Source: Eledone cirrhosa (Eukaryota). Taken from it: a stretch of DNA of 64,000 nt. The position numbers and the translations under genes were made by a program. The notes below the pieces were generated by a model that did not search any database, was not told where the DNA came from, and saw nothing but the letters and a program-made list of their open reading frames with translations. Below, in pieces: positions 51,796 through 64,000 of the stretch; the first letter of the stretch is position 1; each line of letters opens with the position of its first letter. Location: the NCBI GenBank assembly GCA_964016885.1, contig OZ024745.1, positions 111,352,001 through 111,416,000 of the forward strand, written 5' to 3'.

Positions 51796-54776
51796 TATAT
51801 ATATATATAATATAATAATATATATATGTACACACAAACACACACACATACACACACACACACACAACGCACCACACAAGTACATACATATTTATTTATA
51901 CAAAAGAGAAATCATTAATTATCCACAAAGCAATAAAATTTTTCTTCCCTTTTGGTGTGAAAAATAGTTGTATAGGCTTCACTGGATGTGGTATCTCTTG
52001 TCACTAGTGAAGGTTTAAACTTGAGACATGAATTTATAACATATAAATTGACATTTTTAAGGGCATCCCATGAGATGGAAATATAATTATTATTATAGCA
52101 AAAACAGCAAAATAAAAAATTGTATTAATTAATGATTTTAATATCTGGTATATCTGATAATGGCTCTTCTGTATAGAATGATTCTTTTAGTCCACAAATG
52201 AATGGTGGTATTGAGAAGTACCAAAATGACTTACTGGGTTGGATGAGTGGGATGGGTAAGGGAGTTAGTATAACTTTGGTATTTAGAAAAAAAAAAGGTT
52301 TTTGAAGTTTATGGCTCTGTTGATGAAAAACCATGACAAAATGTTTAGTGTTAATGACTAGAAAGTGAAGCAATATAATAGTAAGTTATTGGGTGTTGAA
52401 ATGATAGTAGAACAGATTAAATAAATTCAGGAAAGTAATAGTCACTGTAATGAAATTAGAAGAAGTAAACAAAACAAAGGACACAGCTATCTTCATAGAT
52501 TTAGGGCCACTTACAATGGCTGGATCTAGTCAAGGGAGAACAAAAATAACCTCCATATCATTTGAGGGCATCATGTTTCTGATTAAAGTGGAACTAAAGA
52601 AAGAAAGCCATCTGGTATCCATCATACAGAGGTCCTTAACTTCTGAGGAAGGATAGAGATTCATGACATTCTATTTGTTATTCACCCTTTTGATACCAAA
52701 CTGCCTGAAAATGCCTCTGCTTTTTAGATAATAAACTGCATGTTTTAAAATGTTTATATGAGAACGGTGAGATGGATCTATTTTATCAAGGCTAATAATA
52801 TGGAGTTATATAACAGCTATTGATTAGTCAATATAGCAATATTATCATGGCTCATTCCACCTTTTGAAACAACATAAAACAATCAACTAATTAAACACTA
52901 AACCTCATCTTTTGTTTTCATTGTTCAACCTATATATCTGACTATGTAGTCCTTTTGAATACTCAACATATAACATAGTGTTTATATTTAACTAAAAACT
53001 TTCCATCATAATATTATATGAAGACATATACAAATAATTACGCATTTACATATAAAGTTACACATGTACACATAGTTCCATTGTTAAGTTACATTCCAAA
53101 CACCAACATAATAATGATAAAGTTAGTTATTTGAAAAAATTGCTCAAATACTTAAATATTAAAAAAATTATTTGAAAATTTCTGAGTTCAAATTCTGCCA
53201 AGGTTAACTTTGCTTTTCATCCATTCAAGGTTAATAAAAAAAAAAGTACATCTAAAACCAGTGTTGATTTTTCCTCTATATTTCTTTTTCGCTTCCATTC
53301 TCTCAATCTCTATCCTTCTCTAGAAGAAATCAGCTATATTCAGGCCTGGAGAGGAGATGGCTCTGCCAAGTTTAAAAAATATCCTAGAAATGCTGTATGT
53401 CAATACAGTGTCCCTGCTATTCCATCGGGAGTTATGGGGGAAAAGAAAGAATGAATGAAAGGGTTAATGTCATAAGGTGGATGTCAAATGAACATTGCTA
53501 ACAGAAGTAAATTAACTTCCAAAGACGAGAGGAGCAGGTATTTACCATCAACAAAAGTGTTAATATTTCAATTTTAACTAAAAACATATGTTAAAGAATC
53601 ATTAAAATTTCCAGAGCCGAGCCATTTCATTTCATTTGTTATTGTATTCAACTGTTTGTCTGTTTTTGTTGTTTGTTTCTTTGTTTGTTTGCTTGTTTGT
53701 TTGGTTTTTGAGAAAATTACACCCATCACCCAAGCAAACCAAAATTACGAATACTTGTGTTACTATATTTTTAATGAAAGACACTACTTATGATTTTCAC
53801 TGCCTTTGATTTTCAAATAATGTAAAAAATAATTATGAATATGGAGAGACTTAGTATTATAACTAACATTCTCATTAATAAGTTTATGTTTGATGCATAA
53901 CTTAAATATTCTTACATAAAACTATGATGGAAGGTTTTTTAGATAAATCTTAACACTTTAAAATAAATAATGTTTTGCATCATAAAACCAGGGTCAGTTC
54001 CATGCAGAGTGGTATCAAATATCAAAAGTGTTAATAAAGACAATTCTATGACAGAAGACAGGATGGATTAGTGACCAATTTATAGACATTAAGAAATGAA
54101 ATGGAGAAAAAATCCCTGATAGAGGAATTGAAATACTGAGTAAAAGAAACTGCTTTCATCTCAAATTGCAGTTGTAGTTTAACTTCAAAAGAAAATAAAA
54201 AGATAGGGAGGATTAAAGTAAATGTAGTTTAGTACTGTGAATGGCATAAGACATACACACTTAACTTCGACATCCTATGAATGAAATGCTAAAGTAATTA
54301 TAGCATTATAGGATTCATTCTAAAATTAAGTTCTTTCTAACAGATTTTTGGGCTCTGAGTAAAGTTGGATATTGAAAACATACGTCACCTGCTACTGTTT
54401 TCTTTTTAATGTTCTTTTTTATATACATATATATAACTTATATTTATTATGAATGATTACGTGTGCCATCTTTACACAGAGAGAGGAGGAAAGGGGGAAA
54501 AGAGAGGAGAGGTGAGGTATGGTGTGATGGGGAGCAAAGCAAATTCAAAATCTCTTGTTATCTACACAGATGTCATACTCGTTAACCAGATGAGACTAGG
54601 TGGATAACCACTGAAATATATACACCCCAATATACACATTCAAAAAGAAAAAAATGAACAAAAAATTTGAATTTCTAATACTGAATATCATATGATAAAG
54701 TCATAAACTCAAAGATTATAAAATTTATACACATATGCATGTGTATGTGTATGTTTGTATGTATGTATATATAAAT

Positions 54777-54841
<65 letters not shown>

Positions 54842-55614
54842 CACATACAAACATAGTTAGCAGAAAGAGTAATATCTAGTGTTGTAATATATATATTTTT
54901 AATTCCTTTTCTTTCACCTGATCTGCATATCAGGAACCAAAATATACACATGTATTTTCAGTGTACATACAAGTTGGTGTGATTATCTCAGTGCACGTGT
55001 GAGTGTCTTGAAAATCCCTCAAATTAGGTGAATGAAAAACAGTAAAATCAGAGCATGGGAAAATTTAAGTGCATCCTTTCTCAGGCTGGTACCAATAGAG
55101 ACATGAGATTAGGACAACGAAGGATTTCCTTTCGCTATCTCATTTTAATCAGCTTCCTGTCTTTTTTAAATCAAATTTTTAATTCTCTGTTCTTTCTAAT
55201 TAAAAGTCTATAATATTTGTTTCTATTTTAAACACTGACAGGTGAGAGTATATAAATATACAGGTAAATAAAAATAACTACTTAAAATGTTAGTCATTTG
55301 TGTCAAATAAAAAGATTGTAGATGGCGTATATGTGTTTTTGTGTACGTGATAGAAAGGATAAAGCAAAAACATAATCATGGTTTCAATATATGTCAAAGG
55401 AAAGGTTGTTGCCCATAGAGACGAATATATGCAAACATGGAAAAGCAGACAAAAAATGCTCACTGTAAATGTGGTTGGCATTAAGAAGGGCATCCATGCC
55501 AGAAACAGTTCTGTATGAGCAAAATACAGTCATCTGATGTGACTTGTCTCCCAATGGGACAACTCATTTAACCCATGCTGGTGGGGAAAAATGGATGTTA
55601 AACGATGATGATGA

Positions 55615-55661
<47 letters not shown>

Positions 55662-56989
55662 TATATACGGGGTAACAAATTCTCGCAAGCTCCGATGAAC
55701 TGACTGGTTATAACTTTGTATTGGTGATCGAGTAACGTGAAAATAAGCGGATAGCGATCTCTAGACCTACCAGTTCAAAGAAACAATTGTCAGCAATGAG
55801 ATTAAAGACCTTTTTTGTATAGCAAACCATGTCACTCTTCTTTCCTGATTTTTTATATATATATATATATATATTATGTGTGTGTGTGTGTAATCATTCA
55901 GGCTGTGCTCAAATGAAAGAGTTGAACAATCAGGCAATCATGAAACTCTGAGTAGCAATGGAGTGAATCAACTAAATAAATAAATAAATAGTCTACTACA
56001 TGTATTGAGTAATCTTTTTCTCATTTATACTTCTAAACTGTGTACACCCATGTGTGTATGTTCAGTGTGGGTCGAGCTTACTGATGATGAAGAAACCTAA
56101 GAATGGTTCACCATTTTGAACATTTAATGTAACTTTATGAACTTACATGAAATGCTTATATATTACTTTTGGAATAAAATTTAATATGACTATGGTTTCT
56201 ATTCACCTTTAACAGTAAGCTAGTAAGCTAATTATGGTCCACTCTGTACATGTGTGTATGTATATGTGTGTGTATACATATTCATATTTTTTTTAATCGA
56301 TCAACAATACCCCAGACCTCATTTGTTTACCGAGTGGGATGAAATTTGTCAAATTGGACCGAGGAAACAATGCTTCATATATATATCTAATTTATTTAGG
56401 CTGATTGTGTGGCCTGTTTCTCTGAATCACTATTATTTATAGCAATCGACTGTTGTTATAGTTATTTTTCTGCATTTGGGATTCCCACATTTTAAAAATT
56501 TTAAATCGTTTAGCATTTCAATAATTTATAGGATTTGTTCAGTATAGCTACTTAAAATTGATGAAATTTGTTGTCAGTTGCTCCTTAGATTAATGGTAAA
56601 AGCACTTGGTCAAGATTTGAAAGTTATAGACTTTTATTCTCTGTAGCAGCTGCTGCCCACTTTTTTTTTTGTCTCTAGGGGTATTTGACTCAATCTAAGC
56701 TACTATTTATAGCAAATGATTGCTGCCACTGTTATATTTCTGCATTTGGGATTCCCACATTTTCAAAACTTCAAATTGCTTAGCACTTCGATAATTTATA
56801 TCATACAAATATATTTTAAGCCAGTTTAAGTCATATACAAATAATTACGCATTTACATATAAAGTTACACATGTACACATAGTTCCACATGTACACACAT
56901 TTACATATGGTTACACATTTACATAATTTACATGTGTACACATAGTTACACATGTTGACATATTTACATTTTAAGGCCCCCATCAGTCA

Positions 56990-57292
56990 CCAAGGCTTTG
57001 CACCTAGAAAGTTTCCCCCCGAGGGACAAGCCTGGGCAAAGTTTGTTTATAGAGGACCAGCAGTCGTCCATGTATACCAGTCTCCCCTCTCCATGCAACC
57101 GATGTTGTCCAAGGGCCGATACAGCTTGGCACCAGTTACATCTCAACTCATTTCTACAGATGAGTAAACTGGAGCAACATGAAATAAAGTGTCTTGCTCA
57201 AGGAGCACAACACATCACCCAGTCCGAGAATTGAACTCACAGCCTCTCAATTGAAAGCCCAACACACTAACCACTAAGCCATGTGCCTTCAC
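56990..57292 (-). mobile_element. SINE family B
   Basis: Colinear with 1130-1472. Confidence 0.85.
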
Positions 57293-57334
57293 TATCAACA
57301 TATATTTACATATAGTTACACATAATTACACACA

Positions 57335-57555
57335 TACAGATTTACATATAGTTACATATAGCTACATATGTACATATATTTATACACACACAGTTACACA
57401 TTTACATATATCTACATATAGCTACATATGTACATATATTTATATACACACACAGTTACACATTCACATATATCTACATATAGCTACATATGTACATATA
57501 TTCATACACACACAGTTACACATTTACATATATCTACATATAGCTACACATACAC
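57335..57555. repeat. ~61-bp TA/CA-rich tandem repeat, ~3.5 units
   Basis: ACATATAGCTACATATGTACATATATT.ATACACACACAGTTACACATT.ACATATATCT repeated. Confidence 0.9.
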
Positions 57556-59759
57556 ATTGTTACATATTTACACATAGTTATACATGTATCTGTAGTTTCA
57601 GTATCTGTTGTAAATTATAACTTTCTTGAGAATAAATCAAAATTTAAACAAATTCATATTTCAAAACTTTAAATTTATTTAAGCAAACTTTAAAAAAAAG
57701 TAAAATTAGTATGTATAGGTGAATGGTAGTTACCTTTTATGTAGCAGCAAGTATTGAAAGCATTAATAACGTATTATTTTAGTATACCAAATACCCACTT
57801 ACACAACTCTTCTCTCAGTCTCCAATGATATATATGTGTGTGTGTGCTTGTGTTTGTTTGTGTGTGTGCGTGCACAGGTGCATATATGTGTGCCTGTGTG
57901 TATGCATACATGTGTGCACACAGACATACACAAATGCACGCACAAAGCTAAAACATCTGCTTAAAAGTCACAATATAATGGAGAAATAAACAAGAAGTAA
58001 AATATAATTTTTTTTTTATTTAAATACGAGTAAAAAAAAAAAAAAATTATAGGAATAAAGAATTGAAGATTCTTCCAGAAATCAAACTCAACAAGCAGTT
58101 AAAGAGAATGTTTGAACGACACATGGGTAGTGAGTTCATTAGAATGGGAGTGGAGCAAAAGAATACATTCAGGGATATATGAAAATATAATGATACCTCT
58201 TGCCAGAACATCAATCAGCTACCATTATCACTAGTCTTTAAAATTGTCTCAGAGAGGAGAAAAATAAATGAATAATAAATAAATATATAAATAAATAGAC
58301 ATATTATTCACTAAATACATAATGAAAGAATGAATGAAAGAAAGCTTAGTAATGTTGAAATAGGTGGAATGAAAAATAATTTTGAATGAAAAAAAATGTA
58401 TAAAAAGATAAAAAGTATAAATAAAGGCTTATAAATCAATGAAAGGAAAAGGTATGGTGCATCAGGTATGAGCTTCTATTTTTCTTTAGTTTTATTCACA
58501 CTGAACTAAAATTGGTGAAAGTAGTGGTGGGTCACAACAGATTACATTAATGAGATAAAAGTGAGAATTTCTCTAACAATTTAAATCAAGTAGCTGTTAT
58601 TTTTGTTTTATTAAATAGAAGAAAAAAATAATGGGAAAATAAAAATCTTATGAAGAGCAAACAAAATTACAACAATACATCTTTTCTTCTTCACAATGCT
58701 TTTATCTGCAAAACTGGCCAGCTAATTCTTTGAGATTTTATAAAATGACAAAATATTAAAGTCTAACACATAAAACTTAAAATCTATTTCTTTTTGTCTC
58801 CAAAGGTCAGAGTTTTAGTGAAGTTCAGTAAAAATTAACTTGATCATTTTTTTAATGGATCTATTATTACTGAGTTTTTAGTATTGACAAAACTTTTATG
58901 AACTTTTTAATAGCATTCTTAAACTTTATTCTAATTATAGACTTGTATATTCCTGCTTCATCTAGTCTAATAAGTTGATTAATTCCACACTGCAGAAGTC
59001 ATTCATCATCATCATCATCAGTTTAACATCTATTTTCCATGCTTGGATAGATTACTTAGGCTGTCATGTACTGTGGCAAGACTGGTCAAGTAACCATGCC
59101 TTAACCACAATTCAACAACCAACTGAAGTTTATTTAGCGAGAGATGAGTATAATTCAAAGTGTCAGAAATTTGAATCTAACTACTATTCTAAAATATCTT
59201 TAGTTTCAATGGAGAGAAATTAAAATAAAAAATAAAATAAAATAAAAATTAAAAAAATATTAAATTTCTTTTCAATATTTTACTCTGAGACTTGGCCTAT
59301 ATTTTAATGCTAATAAACTCTAAACATATTTTGTAAGATTCTTCTTTTCAACTTTGAAGTTTTAAATTGCTATATATTTACCTAAAGATAAGATTTATCA
59401 AAATGATAACATTTCTGTTTCCAAAGCAATTGATGATGAAGGAACACAATAAAAACATAGAATTAATTTGGTTCTCGTTTCAGGAATAGGTTTCCTTTAA
59501 CATCTAGATATATTTGAAAATCAAATTTATGATATTTTTAAAAGATTTGAACTGACATTATCTCAACAATATATGTGTGTCCTAGTAGTTACCACAAGGG
59601 AGTATTTTATAAAGGGCTGAACTTGGCTTGAGACTATCCTATGTATGGACAAGTTAAAAGAAGAGTGTATGACAACAGAGACATCTAAATAAAGAGCCAA
59701 CAGACAAGCTTATACTTGGTCACTTGAACTGCTAGAAACTGCAGCAAAATCTGCCTTAA

Positions 59760-59979
59760 CCCTTTATCATTTAAACTGGTGTATCTGGCCAGAATTCTCT
59801 CAAGTCTTTCTATTCAAACCAGCCACAACTGGCTGCTCATACTTATGTTAAGGTAGTGTTCTCAAAATAAATAATATCAAAATCTCATAGATTGGATATT
59901 ATGTAAGATAATTATGTGAGGTAAAGCCTTTACCATGAAAATATAATAGTAAATCTAGAGTAATGTAAATACTAAAGGG
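59760..59979 (+). mobile_element. piggyBac-like TTAA MITE family 1, inserted into a family D fragment
   Basis: TTAA|CCCTTTATCATTTA ... TAAATACTAAAGGG|TTAT. Confidence 0.9.
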
Positions 59980-60171
59980 TTATATCACATCCTATATTTC
60001 TAATCCGTCCTATAGTTCTAATCCAGCCATGGTCAATTTTACATTTCATCCTTCCGAGGTCAATAAAATAAAGTACCAGTTAAGTACTGGAGTTAATATA
60101 ATCAACTTCCCCCTTTTCCCATATTGCTGGTATTGTGCCTATGTTAGAAATCATTATTAAGTTGGTGTTTG

Positions 60172-60341
60172 GCGGTGGAGGGTCGAGTGCCGTGCTTTGA
60201 CGCATAGAGTTACGGCCCTTTCCATTCTGAGTTCAAATCCCGCCGAGATCAACTTTGCCTTTCATCCTTACGGGGGTCGATAAAATAAAGTACCAGTAAT
60301 ACACTGGAATAATTGCTGGCCTTGTGCCAAAAGTAGAAACA
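60172..60341 (+). mobile_element. young CORE-SINE family A copy with 19-bp TSD, inserted in the tail of an older copy
   Basis: ATTATTAAGTTGGTGTTTG at 60153-60171 and 60342-60360; the A-box segment is deleted. Confidence 0.92.
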
Positions 60342-61261
60342 ATTATTAAGTTGGTGTTTGAAACAACAGAACTTCATCATCATCATCATCATCATCATTA
60401 TTATTATTATTATTTAACATTCATTGTTCCATGCTTCAATGAATTGGATGTGTCCTTCTCAGTATAGAATCTCTCCACTTGTCGAATGCCTTTGTCACCT
60501 CCTCCATGAGCTTCAGCAATTTGAGATCAGCTCTCACTTCAATACGGGTCTTCTTTGGTCTCTTCCTCTACTGCAGCTTCCTTCCACTAGAATTATTTGG
60601 CATTTCTTTACCTAGCGATCATCATCCATGTACAACACATGTCCATACAAATGTAATCTCCTATCCTGCATTTGATTTGTCTTACCGCCAGTTCTTACAT
60701 AAAATTATGATGGGAGGTTTTGAGATAAATATGAATACTTTAAAAAAAAAACAGCTTTTTTTTTTTCATAGAACCTGAGGTTGTTTCATATGGTTTGCTT
60801 TTAAAAAGGTTAGTAAAAGGACGGGGTCAGGATAGGAGCGTCCACGCTGTGGCCCTGGGAGTATTGATAAGATCGACAAGATATTGTTAACCCTATCATC
60901 ACTACAAGCAACAGTTATAAGCTTGGACACGATAAGAGAAAAAGGACATGTTTGATAATATGGTCCAAGATACACTATGCCTGAATAAAAGATGAGATGT
61001 CATAGTTGTGTCACCTTTGACCATAGGTTTGTCTACGATATCAGGGAATGACCGAGGACAAACAACAACAACAACAACAACAGCAAACTATCTCAACAAA
61101 CACTGTACAACTCTGTATGCTAATAAGTATAGGAAACTATCTGATGAGATGTTTGAAAATCTAATTCGTATTGAAATGAAGAACACTAAGGAAACTTTTG
61201 AAATGATAAAATATGACAACAATGATTGGTGACAATAATGACGGCTGCGATAATGAGGATA

Positions 61262-61294
<33 letters not shown>

Positions 61295-61388
61295 GTTGGG
61301 GATGACGATGGTGGTGGTGATGATTATGGTTACAACAACAATGACAACGATGATGACGGTCATTATTATTATCATAATTATTATTATT

Positions 61389-61421
<33 letters not shown>

Positions 61422-61904
61422 GCCGTTATTATTATTATGATAATGAGGAGAGACAATACGAAAATAACTCGAGAGATGTGAAAAGCAGCATCATAAGAAA
61501 TAATTATGCCATCATTATCTCAAATTAGTGAAGAGATTTGTTGTTGGCAGGGGTGGGGCATGGAAAGGGTGGGACAAAGAATGAATGGGTCACCCCGTGT
61601 CTTATACTTCTTGCCTTGCTTCCAAAATAACGCAAGGCAAGTCCAGGGGGGGGGGGGGAATGGCGGGACGGATGATATCTGGAAATAAATTATCTCAACA
61701 ATAAACAGAAGAAGAAAGAAAAGGTTGCAGAGAAGGATAAAGAAAGGAAAGAGCAGAGAAACACAGAGAGAGAGAGAGAGAGAGAAAGGCAGTCAACATT
61801 TACATTTCATTTGCATATAAAAGTTAAAACAAGTGTTGACAGTGGAAATCTTTTGACAGCATAATAGAAACAGTTATACTGGAGCTACAGTGTGATGTCT
61901 GATA

Positions 61905-62895
61905 GAGATGATGATGATGGTGGTGGTGGGGAAGATGACAATGGAGATGATAGTGGTGGTGGTGGTGGTGGTGAAGACGAAAATGATGATGATAGTGGTG
62001 GTGGTGGTGGTGGTGGTGGTGAAGACGAAAATGATGATGATAGTGGTGGTGGTGGTGGTGGTGGTGGTAAAGACGAAAATGATGATGATAGTGGTGGTGG
62101 TGGTGATGAAGACAAAAATGATGATAGTGGTGGTGGTGGTGGTGGTGAAGACGAAAATGATGATGATGATAGTGGTGGTGGTGGTGGTGGTGGTGGTAGT
62201 AGTGAAGGAGGTGGTGTTTGTGGTGGTGCTGGTGGTGGTGAAGAAGGACAATGATGATGATAGTGGGGGTAGTGATACTGATGATAATGGTGGTGGCGGT
62301 GGTAGTGGGGGGGTAGTGGTGAAGATGACAATGATGGTGGTGGTGGCGGCGGTGATGAAGATGACAATGATGGTGGTGGTGGTGGTGGTGGTGGTGGTGG
62401 TGGTGATGACAATGATGGTGGTGGTGGTGAAGATGACAATGATGGTGGTGGTGGTGGTGGTGATGACAATGATGGTGGTGGTGGTGGTGAAGATGACAAT
62501 GATGGTGGTGGTGGTGGTGGTGATGACAATGATGGTGGTGGTGGTGGTGGTGATGACAATGATGGTGGTGGTGATGAAGACAACAAGGATGATAATGATG
62601 ATGATGATGATGATGATAATGGCGGCTGTAGCGGTGGTGGTGGTGGTGGTGGCGGCGGCGGTGGTGGTGGTGGCGGCGGCGGTGGTGGTGGTGGTGGTGG
62701 TGGTGGTGGTGGTGGTGGTGGTGGCGGTGGTGGTGGTGGTGGTGATGGTGGTGGTGGTGGTGGTGGTGGTGGTGGTGGTGGCGGTGGTGGTGGTGGCGGT
62801 GGTGGCGGTGGTGGTGGCGGTGGTGGTGATGGTGGTGGTGGTGGTGGTGGTGGTGGTGGTGGCGGCGGCGGCGGTGGCGGTGGCGGTGATGTTGA
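61905..62895. repeat. (GGT/GAT/GGC)n compound triplet satellite with higher-order units
   Basis: Units such as GAAGACGAAAATGATGATGATAGT(GGT)n and GATGACAATGAT(GGT)n. Confidence 0.97.
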
Positions 62896-63267
62896 TGAGG
62901 ACTGCGGTAATGGAGACAGACAGCAAAGGAATTGAGGACAGTTATGAGCATGGACATTAATTGATTAAATCATCTGGATTGGAGATGATAAAGGAAATGG
63001 AGCTAAACTAAATGAGGAGGAAGGGGAGGAGGAGATGAGAGTAGTGGGGGGGGGGGAACTGGTGGTAGGTAGGTAGGTAGGTAGGTGAGAGGGAAGGAAA
63101 TAGAAGGGAGGAGTGGAAACAGTGACCAGTGGGTGAAAATAAATTGATAAATGAAATAATAATTAGATTTTCATAATTGTAAATAAAGATGAGGGGGAGA
63201 GTATCTGAATGTAATGTTGGTGGAGGGGTGGAGGGAGGAGAAGCCGATAATGAGCAGGTAGAGGCTG

Positions 63268-63344
63268 GAGAGAGAGAGAGAGAGAGAGACTGAAGGAGAC
63301 TGAGAGAGAGAGAGAGAGAGACTGACGGAGACTGAGAGAGACTA

Positions 63345-63375
<31 letters not shown>

Positions 63376-64000
63376 GAGATGAAGGAGAGGGAGATGAAGG
63401 AGAGAGAGATGAAGGAGAGAGAGATGAAGGAGAGGGAGATGAAGGAGAGGGAGATGAAGGAGAGGGAGGTGAAGGAGAGGGAGGTGAAGGGGAGGGAGGT
63501 TGAGACATGATAATGGGGAAGGGGTTGAATAATCTAAAATATGGTGGTGGTAGTGGTGATAGCAGTAATGGTGATGGTGGTGGTGATAGCAGTGATGGTG
63601 GTGGTGTTGGTAGTGGTGGTCGCCGGTGGTGGTGGTGGTCGCGGTGATGGTGGTGGTATGGTGGTGGGGGTATGGTGATGGTATGGTGGTGGTGGTGGTG
63701 GTGGTGGCGGTGATGGTGATAACAGCGATGGCGATGGTTACGGTAGTGGTGGTCGCCGGTGGTGTTGGTGTTGTGGTGGTGGTGGTGGTGTTATGGTGTT
63801 GATGGTGGTGGTTTGGTGGTGGTGGTGTTATGGTGTTGGTGGTGGTGGTGGTGTTATGGTGTTGGTGGCGGTGGTGGTGGTGGTGTTATGGTGTTGGTGG
63901 CGGTGGTGGTGGTGGTGTTATGGTGTTGGTGGTGGTGGTGGTGGTGGTGGTGGTGTTATGGTGTTGGTGGTGGTGGTGGTGGTGTTATGGTGTTGGTGGT
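63268..64000. repeat. (GA)n, 15-bp GAGATGAAGGAGAGG repeat and (GGT)n-derived satellite to the window end
   Basis: Seen directly. Confidence 0.95.

Noticed and set aside
52516-52593. Minus-strand acceptor/donor pair
   Set aside because: Stops in all three frames and no other support.
61824-62960. Poly-His/Thr/Val/Pro ORFs of 230-380 aa
   Set aside because: Translations of a (GGT/GAT)n satellite, open on both strands, with no domain content.

Overview
AT-rich, microsatellite-dense eukaryotic DNA whose repeat families (tRNA-head CORE-SINEs, (GAT)n- and (CAA)n-tailed retroposons) resemble those of octopod cephalopods; the taxon is an inference. The window looks intronic or intergenic. No complete host gene is supportable, and nearly all listed ORFs are simple-repeat artefacts. 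A few strong + strand splice-site pairs (6842-6900, 13597-13686) hint at exons of a large gene. Mobile DNA includes about 25-30 CORE-SINE copies, two TTAA/piggyBac-like MITE families, a decayed Tc1/mariner transposase with its MITEs, a hAT MITE holding a SINE and a Helitron, a solo LTR, and two LINE 3' fragments. The best candidate for an undescribed system is at 23547-24253. It is a young, CpG-rich, ORF-less element with a 425-nt unit and an intact Penelope/retrozyme-type minimal hammerhead ribozyme, and its ~215-bp inverted arm starts at the predicted self-cleavage site. Further hammerhead remnants, exact locally templated insertions (84 bp from 15 kb away, 56 bp from 3.8 kb away) and a 41-bp array with 16 perfect CRE sites are also notable. 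All coordinates and alignments were read by eye.
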